Positions 49,046-57,679 of a stretch of DNA of 64,000 nucleotides are shown piece after piece. Each line of letters begins with the position of its first letter. Position 1 is the stretch's first letter. Below the pieces are notes generated by a model. It ran no database searches, was not told the DNA's origin, and saw only the letters and a list, made by a program, of their open reading frames with translations. A program made the translations under genes and the position numbers. This DNA is from Verrucomicrobiia bacterium (GTDB lineage Bacteria; Acidobacteriota; Polarisedimenticolia; Gp22-AA2), in contig DASRAU010000046.1 of the NCBI GenBank assembly GCA_035638075.1, positions 101,283 through 165,282 on the forward strand, in the 5' to 3' direction.

Positions 49046-50074
49046 TCAGACCGGCACGGCTTCGACGAGGCTGACCGCTGATGCCGTCGGGATGACGCGC
49101 TCCATGCGGAAGCGCGCCTTGCCGAGCAGGTCGGCGTATTCCTCCGGCGTCCGCTCCTGGCCGCCGGGCATCACGAGCATGGTGATGTCGAGGATCTTTC
49201 CCGGATGAAAGGCGTCACCCGGCGGCAGCACCATCTCGCAGATCAGCAGCCGGCCGCCGGCGGGCACCGCCTTGCGACAGTGGCCGAGGATCGTCAGGCA
49301 CTGGGCCTCGGACCAGTCGTGGATGATGTGCGACAGGAAGTAGCAGTCGGCGCCGGACGGCACCGTCTCGAAGAACGACCCGCTCTCGATGCGCACGCGG
49401 TCGACGATGCCGCGCGCCTTCAGGATCGCCGGCGCGTCCCGCACCACGTGCGGCAGGTCGAACAGCAGCCCCTTCGGCGCCTTGTGCCGCGTCAGGATGG
49501 CCGCCAGCATGCTGCCGCTGGCGCCGCCGATGTCGGCCACCACCTGGTGCTTCGAGAAATCGTACGCCTCGGCGACGGTCGCCGGCTCTTCGCCGTGCAC
49601 GCCGATCATCGTCTCGCTGAAAAGCGATGCCTCGTCCGGGTGCTTCGCCAGGTAATCGAACGCGCCCATGCCGAACGCCTTCTCGAAGCCGGTCTTCCCC
49701 GTCTTCACGGAGTGCAGGAGCTCCTCCCAGGCCTTCCAGCCGAAGGGCCCGCCGAGCGTCAGCACGGTCGCGCGCGCCGATCCGGGCGCGCCGGTCTTGA
49801 GCGTCTCGCCGAGCGGCGTCAGCGCGAAGCGCTTCCCGTCCTTCCCGGTCAGGAGGCCGAGCGCCGCGAGCGCGCGCATGAGGCGGTGCAGCGACGGCGC
49901 GTGCGTCTCGGTCGGTCCGGCCAATTCGGCGGCGCTCTTCGGTCCGCCGGCGAGCCGGTCGGCGAGATCCAGCTTGGCCGCGGCATAGATGATGCGCGAG
50001 ACCCAGTAGCCGGTCGCCATCTGGATCACCTGCACGTGCGGAGGGGGCGCCGGCTGCTCCGTCTCTTGGCTCAT
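49046..50074 (-). CDS. Class I SAM-dependent O-methyltransferase (COMT/HIOMT-like, with N-terminal dimerisation domain)
   Basis: 342 aa; SAM motif VVDIGGASG; plant/bacterial O-MT architecture. Confidence 0.75.
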   Translation of the reverse strand: MSQETEQPAPPPHVQVIQMATGYWVSRIIYAAAKLDLADRLAGGPKSAAELAGPTETHAPSLHRLMRALAALGLLTGKDGKRFALTPLGETLKTGAPGSARATVLTLGGPFGWKAWEELLHSVKTGKTGFEKAFGMGAFDYLAKHPDEASLFSETMIGVHGEEPATVAEAYDFSKHQVVADIGGASGSMLAAILTRHKAPKGLLFDLPHVVRDAPAILKARGIVDRVRIESGSFFETVPSGADCYFLSHIIHDWSEAQCLTILGHCRKAVPAGGRLLICEMVLPPGDAFHPGKILDITMLVMPGGQERTPEEYADLLGKARFRMERVIPTASAVSLVEAVPV

Positions 50075-50176
50075 CGCTGTCTCTCCGAGGATGTTGGAAC
50101 GGACGGGATTCTAGCCCGGATTTCCGGACCGGGGCCGCGCGACAGTGGCGGCCCGGGACGCACCTGAAGGGCTGCC

Positions 50177-50206
50177 TTGACAGGCAAGTATTTACTTGCC
50201 TATACT
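50177..50206 (+). promoter_or_regulatory. Sigma70-type promoter of the ArsR-family regulator gene with palindromic operator in the spacer
   Basis: TTGACA (50177-82), then the 18-nt spacer GGCAAGTATTTACTTGCC (a perfect inverted repeat GGCAAGTA/TACTTGCC), then TATACT (50201-06). The ATG of the ArsR-family gene is at 50230. Confidence 0.5.
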
Positions 50207-50229
50207 GCTGCCGTCACCATGAAGGCCGC

Positions 50230-50553
50230 ATGAAGGATTCCGATCTCGTCTTCAGGGCGCTGGCCGATCCCGGGCGCCGCAAGCTCCTCGACGTGCTCAA
50301 CTCCGGAGATGGCCGGACGCTCACCGATCTCTGCGAGCACCTCGACATGACCCGCCAGGGCGTGACGCAGCACCTGGCGCTCCTCGAAGCGGCCGGTCTC
50401 GTCGCCACCCTGCGGCGCGGCCGCCACAAGCTGCACTTCCTCAACCCCGTTCCCCTGCAGGAAATCTACGACCGCTGGATCGCCCGCTTCGAGCGCTCGC
50501 GCGTGCGCGCGTTGCGTCACCTGAAGGCGCGCCTGGAAGGAGCCGGATCATGA
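50230..50553 (+). CDS. ArsR/SmtB-family transcriptional regulator
   Basis: 107 aa with winged-HTH (LTDLCEHLDMTRQGVTQHLALLEAAGLV). Confidence 0.8.
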   Translation: MKDSDLVFRALADPGRRKLLDVLNSGDGRTLTDLCEHLDMTRQGVTQHLALLEAAGLVATLRRGRHKLHFLNPVPLQEIYDRWIARFERSRVRALRHLKARLEGAGS

Positions 50554-51002
50554 TGAACAAGTCCACCTTCGTCTACGTCATCTACATCGCCTCCACGCCC
50601 GAGAGGGTCTGGCAGGGACTCCTCGATCCGGAGTTCACCCGCCAGTACTGGGGACACGAGAACGTCTCCGACTGGAAACCGGGCTCGCCCTGGGAGCATC
50701 GCAAGGCCGACGGCTCCGGCTCGGTCTCGATCCTCGGGGAGGTGCTCGAGGCGCACAAGCCGCACAAGCTGGTGATCACCTGGGCCGACCCGGCCGAGAA
50801 AGGCCTGCGGCACCGCCAGACCCGCGTCACCTTCGACATCGAGTCCGTGGCCCAGATGACCCGGCTCACGGTGACGCACGATCAGCTCGAGCCCGGCTCG
50901 CAGATGGAGCGCAAGATCACTTCCGGCTGGCCGCGCGTCGTCTCCAGCCTGAAGTCGCTGCTCGAGACCGGCAAGCCGCTCGACACCTGGGCCGGCCGGT
51001 AG
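50550..51002 (+). CDS. SRPBCC-superfamily (AHSA1/polyketide-cyclase-like) protein
   Basis: 150 aa. Overlaps the ArsR stop (ATGA). Common ArsR-SRPBCC gene pair. Confidence 0.75.
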   Translation: MMNKSTFVYVIYIASTPERVWQGLLDPEFTRQYWGHENVSDWKPGSPWEHRKADGSGSVSILGEVLEAHKPHKLVITWADPAEKGLRHRQTRVTFDIESVAQMTRLTVTHDQLEPGSQMERKITSGWPRVVSSLKSLLETGKPLDTWAGR

Positions 51003-51024
51003 TCGCCCGCGGCCCGCGAGGGAC

Positions 51025-51420
51025 TCAGTCCGCGTGGGTGACCATCACGACGTAGCCGTCGGGATCGGTCACGCGGAACTCTCCGCGCGGTGCATAGAAG
51101 GGATGCCGGATGGTGCCGGCCTCGATCCCGTCCTGGATCAGGCGCCCCCGGAACGCCTCGACGTCGGCGACGTAGACGTAGAAGAGGACCGCCTGGTCGC
51201 TCGCGACGATCGGCGCCGTGGCGCGCGCCAGCATCAGCTGCGCCCGGTGCGACTGGAGCCACGCCCAGTTGGGCTCGGTCTCCCCCTTCAGCGTGTTGGT
51301 GTTGCCGACCTGGAACCCGAATCGCGTGTAGAAGGCGATCGATTCCTGCACGTTCCGGACGTAGGCCATCGGCACGAGCGCCAGCGGGCCCTTCGGCGTC
51401 GGCCCCTTCGGAGTGGTCAT
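51025..51420 (-). CDS. VOC-family protein
   Basis: 131 aa from ATG 51420 (MTTPKGPTPKGPLALVPMAYVRNVQESIAFYTRFGF...). The upstream 105 codons of the track ORF run into the IS-like region and are not supported. Confidence 0.6.
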   Translation of the reverse strand: MTTPKGPTPKGPLALVPMAYVRNVQESIAFYTRFGFQVGNTNTLKGETEPNWAWLQSHRAQLMLARATAPIVASDQAVLFYVYVADVEAFRGRLIQDGIEAGTIRHPFYAPRGEFRVTDPDGYVVMVTHAD

Positions 51421-51479
51421 GAGGACTCCATCCTGCCACAACGTGCCCCTGAGAGTGGGGGTGGCCGCTCGTTGAAGGG

Positions 51480-52800
51480 AGAGCGGCGCCACCAAGCGCC
51501 GCATGGCCGCTAGAACGCCAGCTTCAACCTGTGTTGGGAGTTGTTCTTGTAGAGCGGGCTGGTCCAGAGGCGGCGGTAGAGGTGGGCCCAGGTGGGAGGG
51601 ATGGGGGTACGGCCAGGGAAGAGTCGTCGCGAGAACACCCTGGCCCAGGGCCAGCGCTCGCGCGTCAGGCCGAGACGCATGGCAGGGCTCCCGCTTCGTG
51701 AAATCCGCTCGCTTCTTTTCTTGACGAAGTTGCGCCACGCTGCTGTCAGGAACATCTGCTCCATCACAGCATTGATCCGGCGGCCGAATGCAATCGTTTC
51801 GCGCCGCTGGTGCGCCAGAGAGTGCCGCAGGATCTTGTGCAGGAGGTCCACAGGGAACAAATGCTCATCGCGGAGGCGCGCCGCTTCACTGCGAGGTGAC
51901 CCTTTCGGACCACGCGGAGGGTTCGGATAGCTCTCGAGAATGATTCTGCCCTGCAGCGAGGGATCCTGCCGGGCGCGGTCGTACGCCTGGTGCCCGTCTC
52001 CGATGACCGTCAGGACCGTCCCCGGCGAAGCCGCGTCCCGCAGGCGCTTGAAGACTCGCCTGGTCGAGCCGAGGTACCCGCCATGCGTCCGGCGCTCTGG
52101 ACGCCGGTCCACGCGGTGGCGTTGCGTCGGGCTCATATGTCCCGAGCGTCCGTGCGGCGCCGGATCGAGGTCGTAGACAAACCACGATTTCGATCCGACC
52201 AGCGTCCCCACACCGAACGGGTAATCCTGCGTGAACTCGAACGTCTCGAAATGATCGAAGACGAACGCCTCGTTCGATAGACGACCCGCGAGCTCGTGCC
52301 GGCTCAGCGCCAGCAGGAGAATGGCGTGCCGGCCAAGCCTTGCCGCGTTGCGCGTCACGGTCGAAGGGGCGCATCCGAGCGTTCTCGCGATCTGCCGATG
52401 CGCCGACCCGCCCACGATCCCTGCGGCGATCGGGATGAGCAGCTCCGGCCGCTTGCTGTAATACGACACGGCGAACGACTGCCTGGAAAACGATGCGCGG
52501 CACACGAAGCACCGAAACCGCGGGATGCGCCAACGCCGGCGCGTGCTGTAGAAGCCATGCCGCTCGAAGCGGAATCCCGGGGTCAGGCGGACGTGTTCTG
52601 GACACCCGCGCCGGGGGCAAAAAGCGGGTTGAAACCCCGACAGATGCTCCACCGGTGTCCCGGGCCAGTGCATGAGCCGCCGACAATCACGTGCCGTGCC
52701 GTCTCAGAATCTGAGATTCTTCTGAGAGAAGGAGGGCATCCTGCAGGAGGCAACGTCCGCCGCCGAACGAACGCCGGCGACGCTTATCCAGCCGCGGTCA
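51480..52800 (-). mobile_element. IS-like insertion (single transposase ORF); boundaries approximate, inverted repeats not resolved
   Basis: GC drops to about 60% versus about 70-72% in flanks. Contains a Zn-ribbon/HTH transposase-like ORF. The upstream end has a TCTCAGA-A-TCTGAGA palindrome plus a third TCTGAGA copy (52702-52729). Confidence 0.45.
51510..52673 (-). CDS. Putative transposase (N-terminal C..C...C..C zinc ribbon plus HTH, C-terminal DDE-like core); family not assigned
   Basis: 387 aa. FCPRRGCPEH...FRCFVCRASF zinc ribbon. HTH AHRQIARTLGCAPSTVTRNAARLG. Acidic residues in VYDLD.../VIGDGHQAYD. Atypical Arg/Trp-rich composition and lower GC than the host. Confidence 0.5.
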   Translation of the reverse strand: MHWPGTPVEHLSGFQPAFCPRRGCPEHVRLTPGFRFERHGFYSTRRRWRIPRFRCFVCRASFSRQSFAVSYYSKRPELLIPIAAGIVGGSAHRQIARTLGCAPSTVTRNAARLGRHAILLLALSRHELAGRLSNEAFVFDHFETFEFTQDYPFGVGTLVGSKSWFVYDLDPAPHGRSGHMSPTQRHRVDRRPERRTHGGYLGSTRRVFKRLRDAASPGTVLTVIGDGHQAYDRARQDPSLQGRIILESYPNPPRGPKGSPRSEAARLRDEHLFPVDLLHKILRHSLAHQRRETIAFGRRINAVMEQMFLTAAWRNFVKKRSERISRSGSPAMRLGLTRERWPWARVFSRRLFPGRTPIPPTWAHLYRRLWTSPLYKNNSQHRLKLAF

Positions 52801-52822
52801 CCACATTATCGGGTCCACGTTG

Positions 52823-54442
52823 TCAGGGGGCGAGGATCGGTTGCAGGCGCGGGAAGTACGCGGCGAACGCTCCGTCCACCGTGCTGTTGGCCTCGTCGGG
52901 GCCCGACGAGCACACGTCGGAGACGTCGCTGCCGCACGAGCCGCTGAGCTGGCCGACGATCTGCGCCTGGGCGTTGAACAGGGGCGAGCCGCTGCTGCCG
53001 CCGTCGATCGCGCCGACGATGTCGTGGGTGTAGATGAAGAACCCGTGCGGCCAGCCGGCGCACATCGGCGCCGCCGGATCCACGTCGTGCCGCGAATACA
53101 CCTGGGGCCCGAAGTCGGGATTGCTGATGCGGTAGAGCGGCAGGCCGGCCGAATCGGCCACGGGGTCGGTGCTCCAGCCGAGGAAGACCGAGCCAGCCGG
53201 TGGCGGCGCCAGGAGCTGCAGGAGCGTGTAGTCGCCGCGCCTGCCGGTCGCGAGCACCACGGCGCCCGCGGTCCGGAATGGCCAGCCTTCGTTGGCCGGG
53301 CACTGGCCGTTGCACGAGGACGTCGCGAACCGCCAGTAGAACTGCACGTTGAGCGCGAACCGATTGCGATCGAGGCAGTGCGCTGCCGTCAGGAAGAGGT
53401 TGTCCCGATCCGGATTGTCGTCGTTGATGAGCGCGCCGCTGCACGTGTACAGGAAATGGCCCCTCGGCCACTCCATCTTGGCGACCGCGTTGCGAGCCAG
53501 CGTCGCCGCTGAGACCGTCCCCGTGCAGGTCGCGTCCACGAGACAGGCCGGGCTGCCGCATGGGAACGGTCCGCTCGGAGCCTGCAGGGCGATCCCCGCC
53601 GCGGAGCCATCGCCGGCCACGGACCCGCCCCGGCCGGCCGGCGGGCGCGCCAGGTTCGCAATCGCATCGGTGCCCGGTCCCGCGAAGCGCGGCAGGACGA
53701 GGCCGGCCTCGCTGACCAGGAACGCGACCTGCGCGACCTCGTCCGCCGTCGCGGGCGGAGGCACGTGGACCTGCAGGATCGCCTCGCCGCCGAACAGCGT
53801 GTCGGTCCAGAACTCGCCGTCGTCGTTGGGACCGTTCCCGGTGTACGGCCCGAACGCCTCGCCGGCGCGGCTGAAGAGGAACAGCTCGGCCCCGGGCGGC
53901 AGCTCCATGCCCTCGATGTGGAAGCGCATCGCGCCCGCCGGCGGCGAAACCACCGCCACCGCCCACTCGTAGCCGCCATCCTTCGTCGGGCCGCCGGCGC
54001 CACGCCGGGCGGTCGCGAGACCGGCGATGTCGAGGCGGGCCGACAGGCTCTTCACCACGCCGATGCGCAGCGGTTCGTCGCGCGGCAGGCCGGGCCTCAC
54101 GACGCTGCGGATCTCCTCGCGGGTCGGCTCGAGGCGCACCGGAGCATCGAGCGCGCGTGCCGGGAGCGCGGTGAGCAGCCGCGTCGCCAGCTCCGCCTGC
54201 CGCTGCCGCTCTTCGTCGATGGTCCTGCCTTCGGTCGCGACGCGCATCGGCAGCCCGCCGCCGGCCCCGGCTCCGGCGCCGCTCGCAGCGCCGCCTCCGG
54301 TCGCAGCCGCCGATCCGGCCCCACCCTCGGCCGCGAGGGCCCGGCCCGGAAGACGGACCCTCGCGGCACTCAGGAGCAGCACCCCCGCCAGGAAGAGGAG
54401 GCCACCTGACGGTCCACGCAAGGCGCCGCTTCGTCTCGTCAT
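52823..54442 (-). CDS. Secreted S1-family (trypsin-like) serine peptidase with long N-terminal pro-region
   Basis: 539 aa. Signal peptide. Catalytic triad motifs LTAAHC (His), DYTLLQL (Asp) and GGSSGSPLF (Ser). Confidence 0.75.
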   Translation of the reverse strand: MTRRSGALRGPSGGLLFLAGVLLLSAARVRLPGRALAAEGGAGSAAATGGGAASGAGAGAGGGLPMRVATEGRTIDEERQRQAELATRLLTALPARALDAPVRLEPTREEIRSVVRPGLPRDEPLRIGVVKSLSARLDIAGLATARRGAGGPTKDGGYEWAVAVVSPPAGAMRFHIEGMELPPGAELFLFSRAGEAFGPYTGNGPNDDGEFWTDTLFGGEAILQVHVPPPATADEVAQVAFLVSEAGLVLPRFAGPGTDAIANLARPPAGRGGSVAGDGSAAGIALQAPSGPFPCGSPACLVDATCTGTVSAATLARNAVAKMEWPRGHFLYTCSGALINDDNPDRDNLFLTAAHCLDRNRFALNVQFYWRFATSSCNGQCPANEGWPFRTAGAVVLATGRRGDYTLLQLLAPPPAGSVFLGWSTDPVADSAGLPLYRISNPDFGPQVYSRHDVDPAAPMCAGWPHGFFIYTHDIVGAIDGGSSGSPLFNAQAQIVGQLSGSCGSDVSDVCSSGPDEANSTVDGAFAAYFPRLQPILAP

Positions 54443-54488
54443 GCGCCCATCCGGGCACGCGCGGGGAGGGACGCGCCGCGGCCGTGCA

Positions 54489-54860
54489 TCATGCCGCCGG
54501 TTGCAGCACGACCTTGATGCAGCCGTCCTGCTTGTCGCGGAACGTCTTGTACATCTCCGGCGCCTGCTTGAGGCCGACCTTGTGCGTGATGACGAACGAC
54601 GGATCGATCTCGCCGTTCTCGATGCGCGCCAGGAGCGGCTTCATGTAGCGCTGCACGTGCGTCTGCCCCATCTTGAAGGTCAGCCCCTTGTTCATGGCCG
54701 CGCCCATCGGCAGCTTGTCGGGGAAGCCGACGTAAACGCCGGGGATGGAGACGGTCCCGCCCTTGCGCGCGCAGTAGATGGCCTGGCGCAGCACGTGCGC
54801 CCGATCGGGGACGTCGTCCACGCGGACGACGCCCTTGCCGTGCCAGCAGAGCGCCTTCAT
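54489..54860 (-). pseudogene. Remnant of a Zn-dependent formaldehyde/alcohol dehydrogenase: N-terminal 20 aa fused in frame to the C-terminal ~100 aa
   Basis: [19 protein letters not shown] matches the MDR N-terminus. [12 protein letters not shown]...[37 protein letters not shown] matches the FdhA-like C-terminus. The catalytic Zn site and Rossmann fold (~260 aa) are absent. Confidence 0.6.
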
Positions 54861-55047
54861 GGGGAATTCACCTCTTCAATTCGGGCCCGCGCGAGCGGGA
54901 GGCGGGCCGGTGCGATGCGTCATGTCGTCGCGCGGTCCGGGCCCCTGGCCGCCGGAGTGCGCGCCCTGTCGAGAAAGCGAGACGCGATCGGTGATAGCAC
55001 GCGCCCCGGGCGCGGCCCATCCGTGGAACCGCGGAGAGAGCGCGCGG

Positions 55048-55527
55048 TCAGCGCGTGCGGCGCCGGGCTGCCGGGTGCTTCTTCACCGGCGCCGCGGTCC
55101 TGGCCGCGGGCTTCGATGGCGCCGCATCGTCCGGGACATCGCCGGGCCGGGAGCCCAGCGTCGCGACCAGGCGCTTCGGCGCCTGCGCGCGGTATGACTC
55201 GTCGACCCAGGCCTTCAGGATGTCGAGCGGCAGCGGCTTCCCTTCGGGAAACTTCACGGTCACCCAGCCGCTCTTGCCGAGGCCGTAGGGAGTCGGCTCC
55301 GCGCGCGGCAGCATCAGCGCCTTGCCGCCGCTGTGCGGCAGCTTGCAGGAGATGCTGAACGGCTCCCCTTCGAGACTGAGGTAGGCGAACGTTTTGTCGT
55401 TCACCGCGAGGTCGAGATGCCCCGGCCACGGGCTCTTGGTGTGCGCCTTCGGATACGCGAGACCGAAGGCGCGCAGCGCCCGCAATCCCGCATCGGTCGC
55501 GCTCGACTTCCCTTTTTTCTTCTTCAT
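55048..55527 (-). CDS. MmcQ/YjbR-family protein
   Basis: 159 aa. LRALRAFGLAYPKAHTKSPWPGHLDLAVNDKTFAYL matches the YjbR pattern. ATGA overlap with the upstream small gene. Confidence 0.65.
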   Translation of the reverse strand: MKKKKGKSSATDAGLRALRAFGLAYPKAHTKSPWPGHLDLAVNDKTFAYLSLEGEPFSISCKLPHSGGKALMLPRAEPTPYGLGKSGWVTVKFPEGKPLPLDILKAWVDESYRAQAPKRLVATLGSRPGDVPDDAAPSKPAARTAAPVKKHPAARRRTR

Positions 55528-55802
55528 CCGGGGATCCAGATCTTCTTCGCTTCGATCACCTGGAGCCCGCGCAGCATGACGAGCGGCTCCTTCGACTTGG
55601 TGAAGAACGCCAGCCCCTTGTAACCCATGATGTAGCGGTGCTTCGGCTGGAACAGCTTCGGCGCCGAGTGCACCACCAGCCCCTGCGCGTTGTGCTCGAC
55701 GAGCCGCTGGAAATCCTCCGGCTCGACCTGCACGATCGCTCCCGACGCCTTGATGGCCTGCGCGATGGCCGCCGCCGCCGCGGCCGCTGCTCCGCCCCCC
55801 AT
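55524..55802 (-). CDS. Small protein of unknown function, paralog A (92 aa)
   Basis: Poly-Ala N-terminus, then AIKASGAIVQVEPEDFQRLVEHNAQGLVVHS...HRYIMGYKGLAFFT...VIEAKKIWIP. Paralogous to the adjacent 55845..56147 gene. Confidence 0.45.
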   Translation of the reverse strand: MGGGAAAAAAAAIAQAIKASGAIVQVEPEDFQRLVEHNAQGLVVHSAPKLFQPKHRYIMGYKGLAFFTKSKEPLVMLRGLQVIEAKKIWIPG

Positions 55803-55844
55803 GAGTCTTCCTCCTTCGAAGGCCCTATCTTGCCCGAAACCCCC

Positions 55845-56147
55845 TCATGTCGGGACCCGGATCTTCTTTGCCTCGATGACCTGCACGGTGCGCGGCAGAC
55901 GGAGCGGCTCGCGCGTCGCCGTGTAGAAGGCCAGGCCGCGGTAGCCCATCAGGTACCTGTGCCTGCGGGTAAAGTACTTTGCCTGCGTGTGCACGAGCAG
56001 GCCCTGGACGTTCTGCTCCAGCAGGCGCTGGAACTCGTCCGGCAGGACATTCACGATCGCGCCTGACGCCCTGACCGCCTGGATCGCCGCCGCGACGGCG
56101 CCCGGTGCCGGTGGGACCATGACCAACCCTCCCGAGAGGCCGGGCAT
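55845..56147 (-). CDS. Small protein of unknown function, paralog B (100 aa)
   Basis: AIQAVRASGAIVNVLPDEFQRLLEQNVQGLLVHT...HRYLMGYRGLAFYT...VIEAKKIRVP; about 60% identical to paralog A. Confidence 0.45.
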   Translation of the reverse strand: MPGLSGGLVMVPPAPGAVAAAIQAVRASGAIVNVLPDEFQRLLEQNVQGLLVHTQAKYFTRRHRYLMGYRGLAFYTATREPLRLPRTVQVIEAKKIRVPT

Positions 56148-56191
56148 GATACCTTCCGCCCCCGAATCGCCGACCAGGACAGGAGGGATCG

Positions 56192-57550
56192 ATGCGCCAC
56201 GCCGGAACCGTCGTTGCGGCCGTTCTCTTTGCGTGCACCGCCGCCGTGCAGCCGTCCACCGCGCAGCAGCCGGGGACGACCCCGCCGGCCGCGACCCCCG
56301 TCGCCCAGATCGTCATCAAGGCCGGGACCCTCATCGACGGCGCGTCCGAGACGGCGAAGAAGAACCAGCTCGTCTTCGTGCGCGGCGACAGGATCGAGAA
56401 GGTCGCCGACGGCGCGACGTCCATTCCCGCGGGAGCGAAGGTCATCGACCTGTCCTCGGCCACGGTGCTGCCGGGGCTCATCGACGCGCACACGCACATC
56501 TTCCTGTGGGGCGAGAAGCCCGAGAAGGGCGGCTACGACGCCAACATCCTGAAAGCCGGCATCGCCCTGCGCGCGGCGCGCGCGACGTTCGCCTGCCGGC
56601 GCGCCCTCGAGCAGGGGTTCACGACGCTGCGGGACCTCGAGACCGAGGGCGCCGGCTACGGCGACGTGGAGATCAAGGAGGCCATCGAGGAGGGAACGAT
56701 CCCGGGTCCGCGCCTCTTCGCCGCGACCCGCGCCATCTCGACGAGCGGCGGCTACAACCTCGAGGGTTACGCGCCCGAGCTGACCATGCCGAAGGGGGCG
56801 CAGATCGTCGACGGCCCGGTCGAGGCGCGCAAGGCGGCGCGCGAGCAGCTCGAGCACGGAGCCGACTGGATCAAGGTCTACATGACGCACCGCTCCTGGG
56901 CGGACAAGCAGGGCAAGCTCTTCTCGCAGCCGACGCTCACCGTCGAGGAGCTGAAGGCCATCGTCGATGAAGCGCACGGCTGGGGAAAGAAGGTCGCCTG
57001 CCACGCCTACAACGGCATGGGGCTGCAACGCGCGCTCGACGGCGGCTGCGATTCGATCGAGCACGGCCTGGAGATCACCGGCGCGCAGCTCGCGCAGATG
57101 GTGAAGCAGGGCACCTGGTACTGCCCGACGATCGCCCCGTACTACCAGTCGTGGGGCCCGGAGGACAGCCCCGGCGGCAAGCGCGACCGGCTCCGCGCCG
57201 AGGTGCACGGCCCGACCGTGAAGGCGGCGGTGAAGGCCGGCGTGAAGATCGTCTACGGCACCGACATGGGCGGCATCGATTGGACCGAGTCCGAGGCGCA
57301 GGAGTTCCCCTACCTCGTGCAGTTCGGCCTGACCCCCATGAGCGCCATCCACGCGGCGACGTCGCGCGCCGCCGAGATGCTCGACATGAAGGGGGAGATC
57401 GGCGTCGTCGCTCCCGGCGCCTTCGCCGACCTCGTCGCCGTCAGCGGCGATCCGCTCGCCGACGTGAAAGTCCTCGCGGACGTCCGCTTCGTCATGAAGA
57501 GCGGCTCGATCTTCCGCGACGACCTGTCCTCATCGCGCGCCGCTCACTGA
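56192..57550 (+). CDS. Secreted metal-dependent amidohydrolase (imidazolonepropionase/Xaa-Pro dipeptidase-like)
   Basis: 452 aa. Signal peptide. Motifs GLIDAHTHIF, HAYNGMG and YGTDMG. Confidence 0.75.
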   Translation: MRHAGTVVAAVLFACTAAVQPSTAQQPGTTPPAATPVAQIVIKAGTLIDGASETAKKNQLVFVRGDRIEKVADGATSIPAGAKVIDLSSATVLPGLIDAHTHIFLWGEKPEKGGYDANILKAGIALRAARATFACRRALEQGFTTLRDLETEGAGYGDVEIKEAIEEGTIPGPRLFAATRAISTSGGYNLEGYAPELTMPKGAQIVDGPVEARKAAREQLEHGADWIKVYMTHRSWADKQGKLFSQPTLTVEELKAIVDEAHGWGKKVACHAYNGMGLQRALDGGCDSIEHGLEITGAQLAQMVKQGTWYCPTIAPYYQSWGPEDSPGGKRDRLRAEVHGPTVKAAVKAGVKIVYGTDMGGIDWTESEAQEFPYLVQFGLTPMSAIHAATSRAAEMLDMKGEIGVVAPGAFADLVAVSGDPLADVKVLADVRFVMKSGSIFRDDLSSSRAAH

Positions 57551-57679
57551 CCCGCGCTTCGCAAGGACCTCCAGGACTTTCTCGGGGATTCTGCGGACTT
57601 CGCTGACACGGTTGCGCAGCACCATGGCGACGGGTTTCCGATCCGCAGACTTCCGAGGCTTCACGGCGCTCGGCGGGAT

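Noticed and set aside
51440-52830. Exact terminal inverted repeats and target-site duplication of the IS-like element
   Set aside because: Compared both flanks by eye and found only internal palindromes (GCCGCTC...GAGCGGC at about 51452-51476, TCTCAGA-A-TCTGAGA at 52702-52716). No matching left/right terminal repeats could be established, so the boundaries are left approximate.
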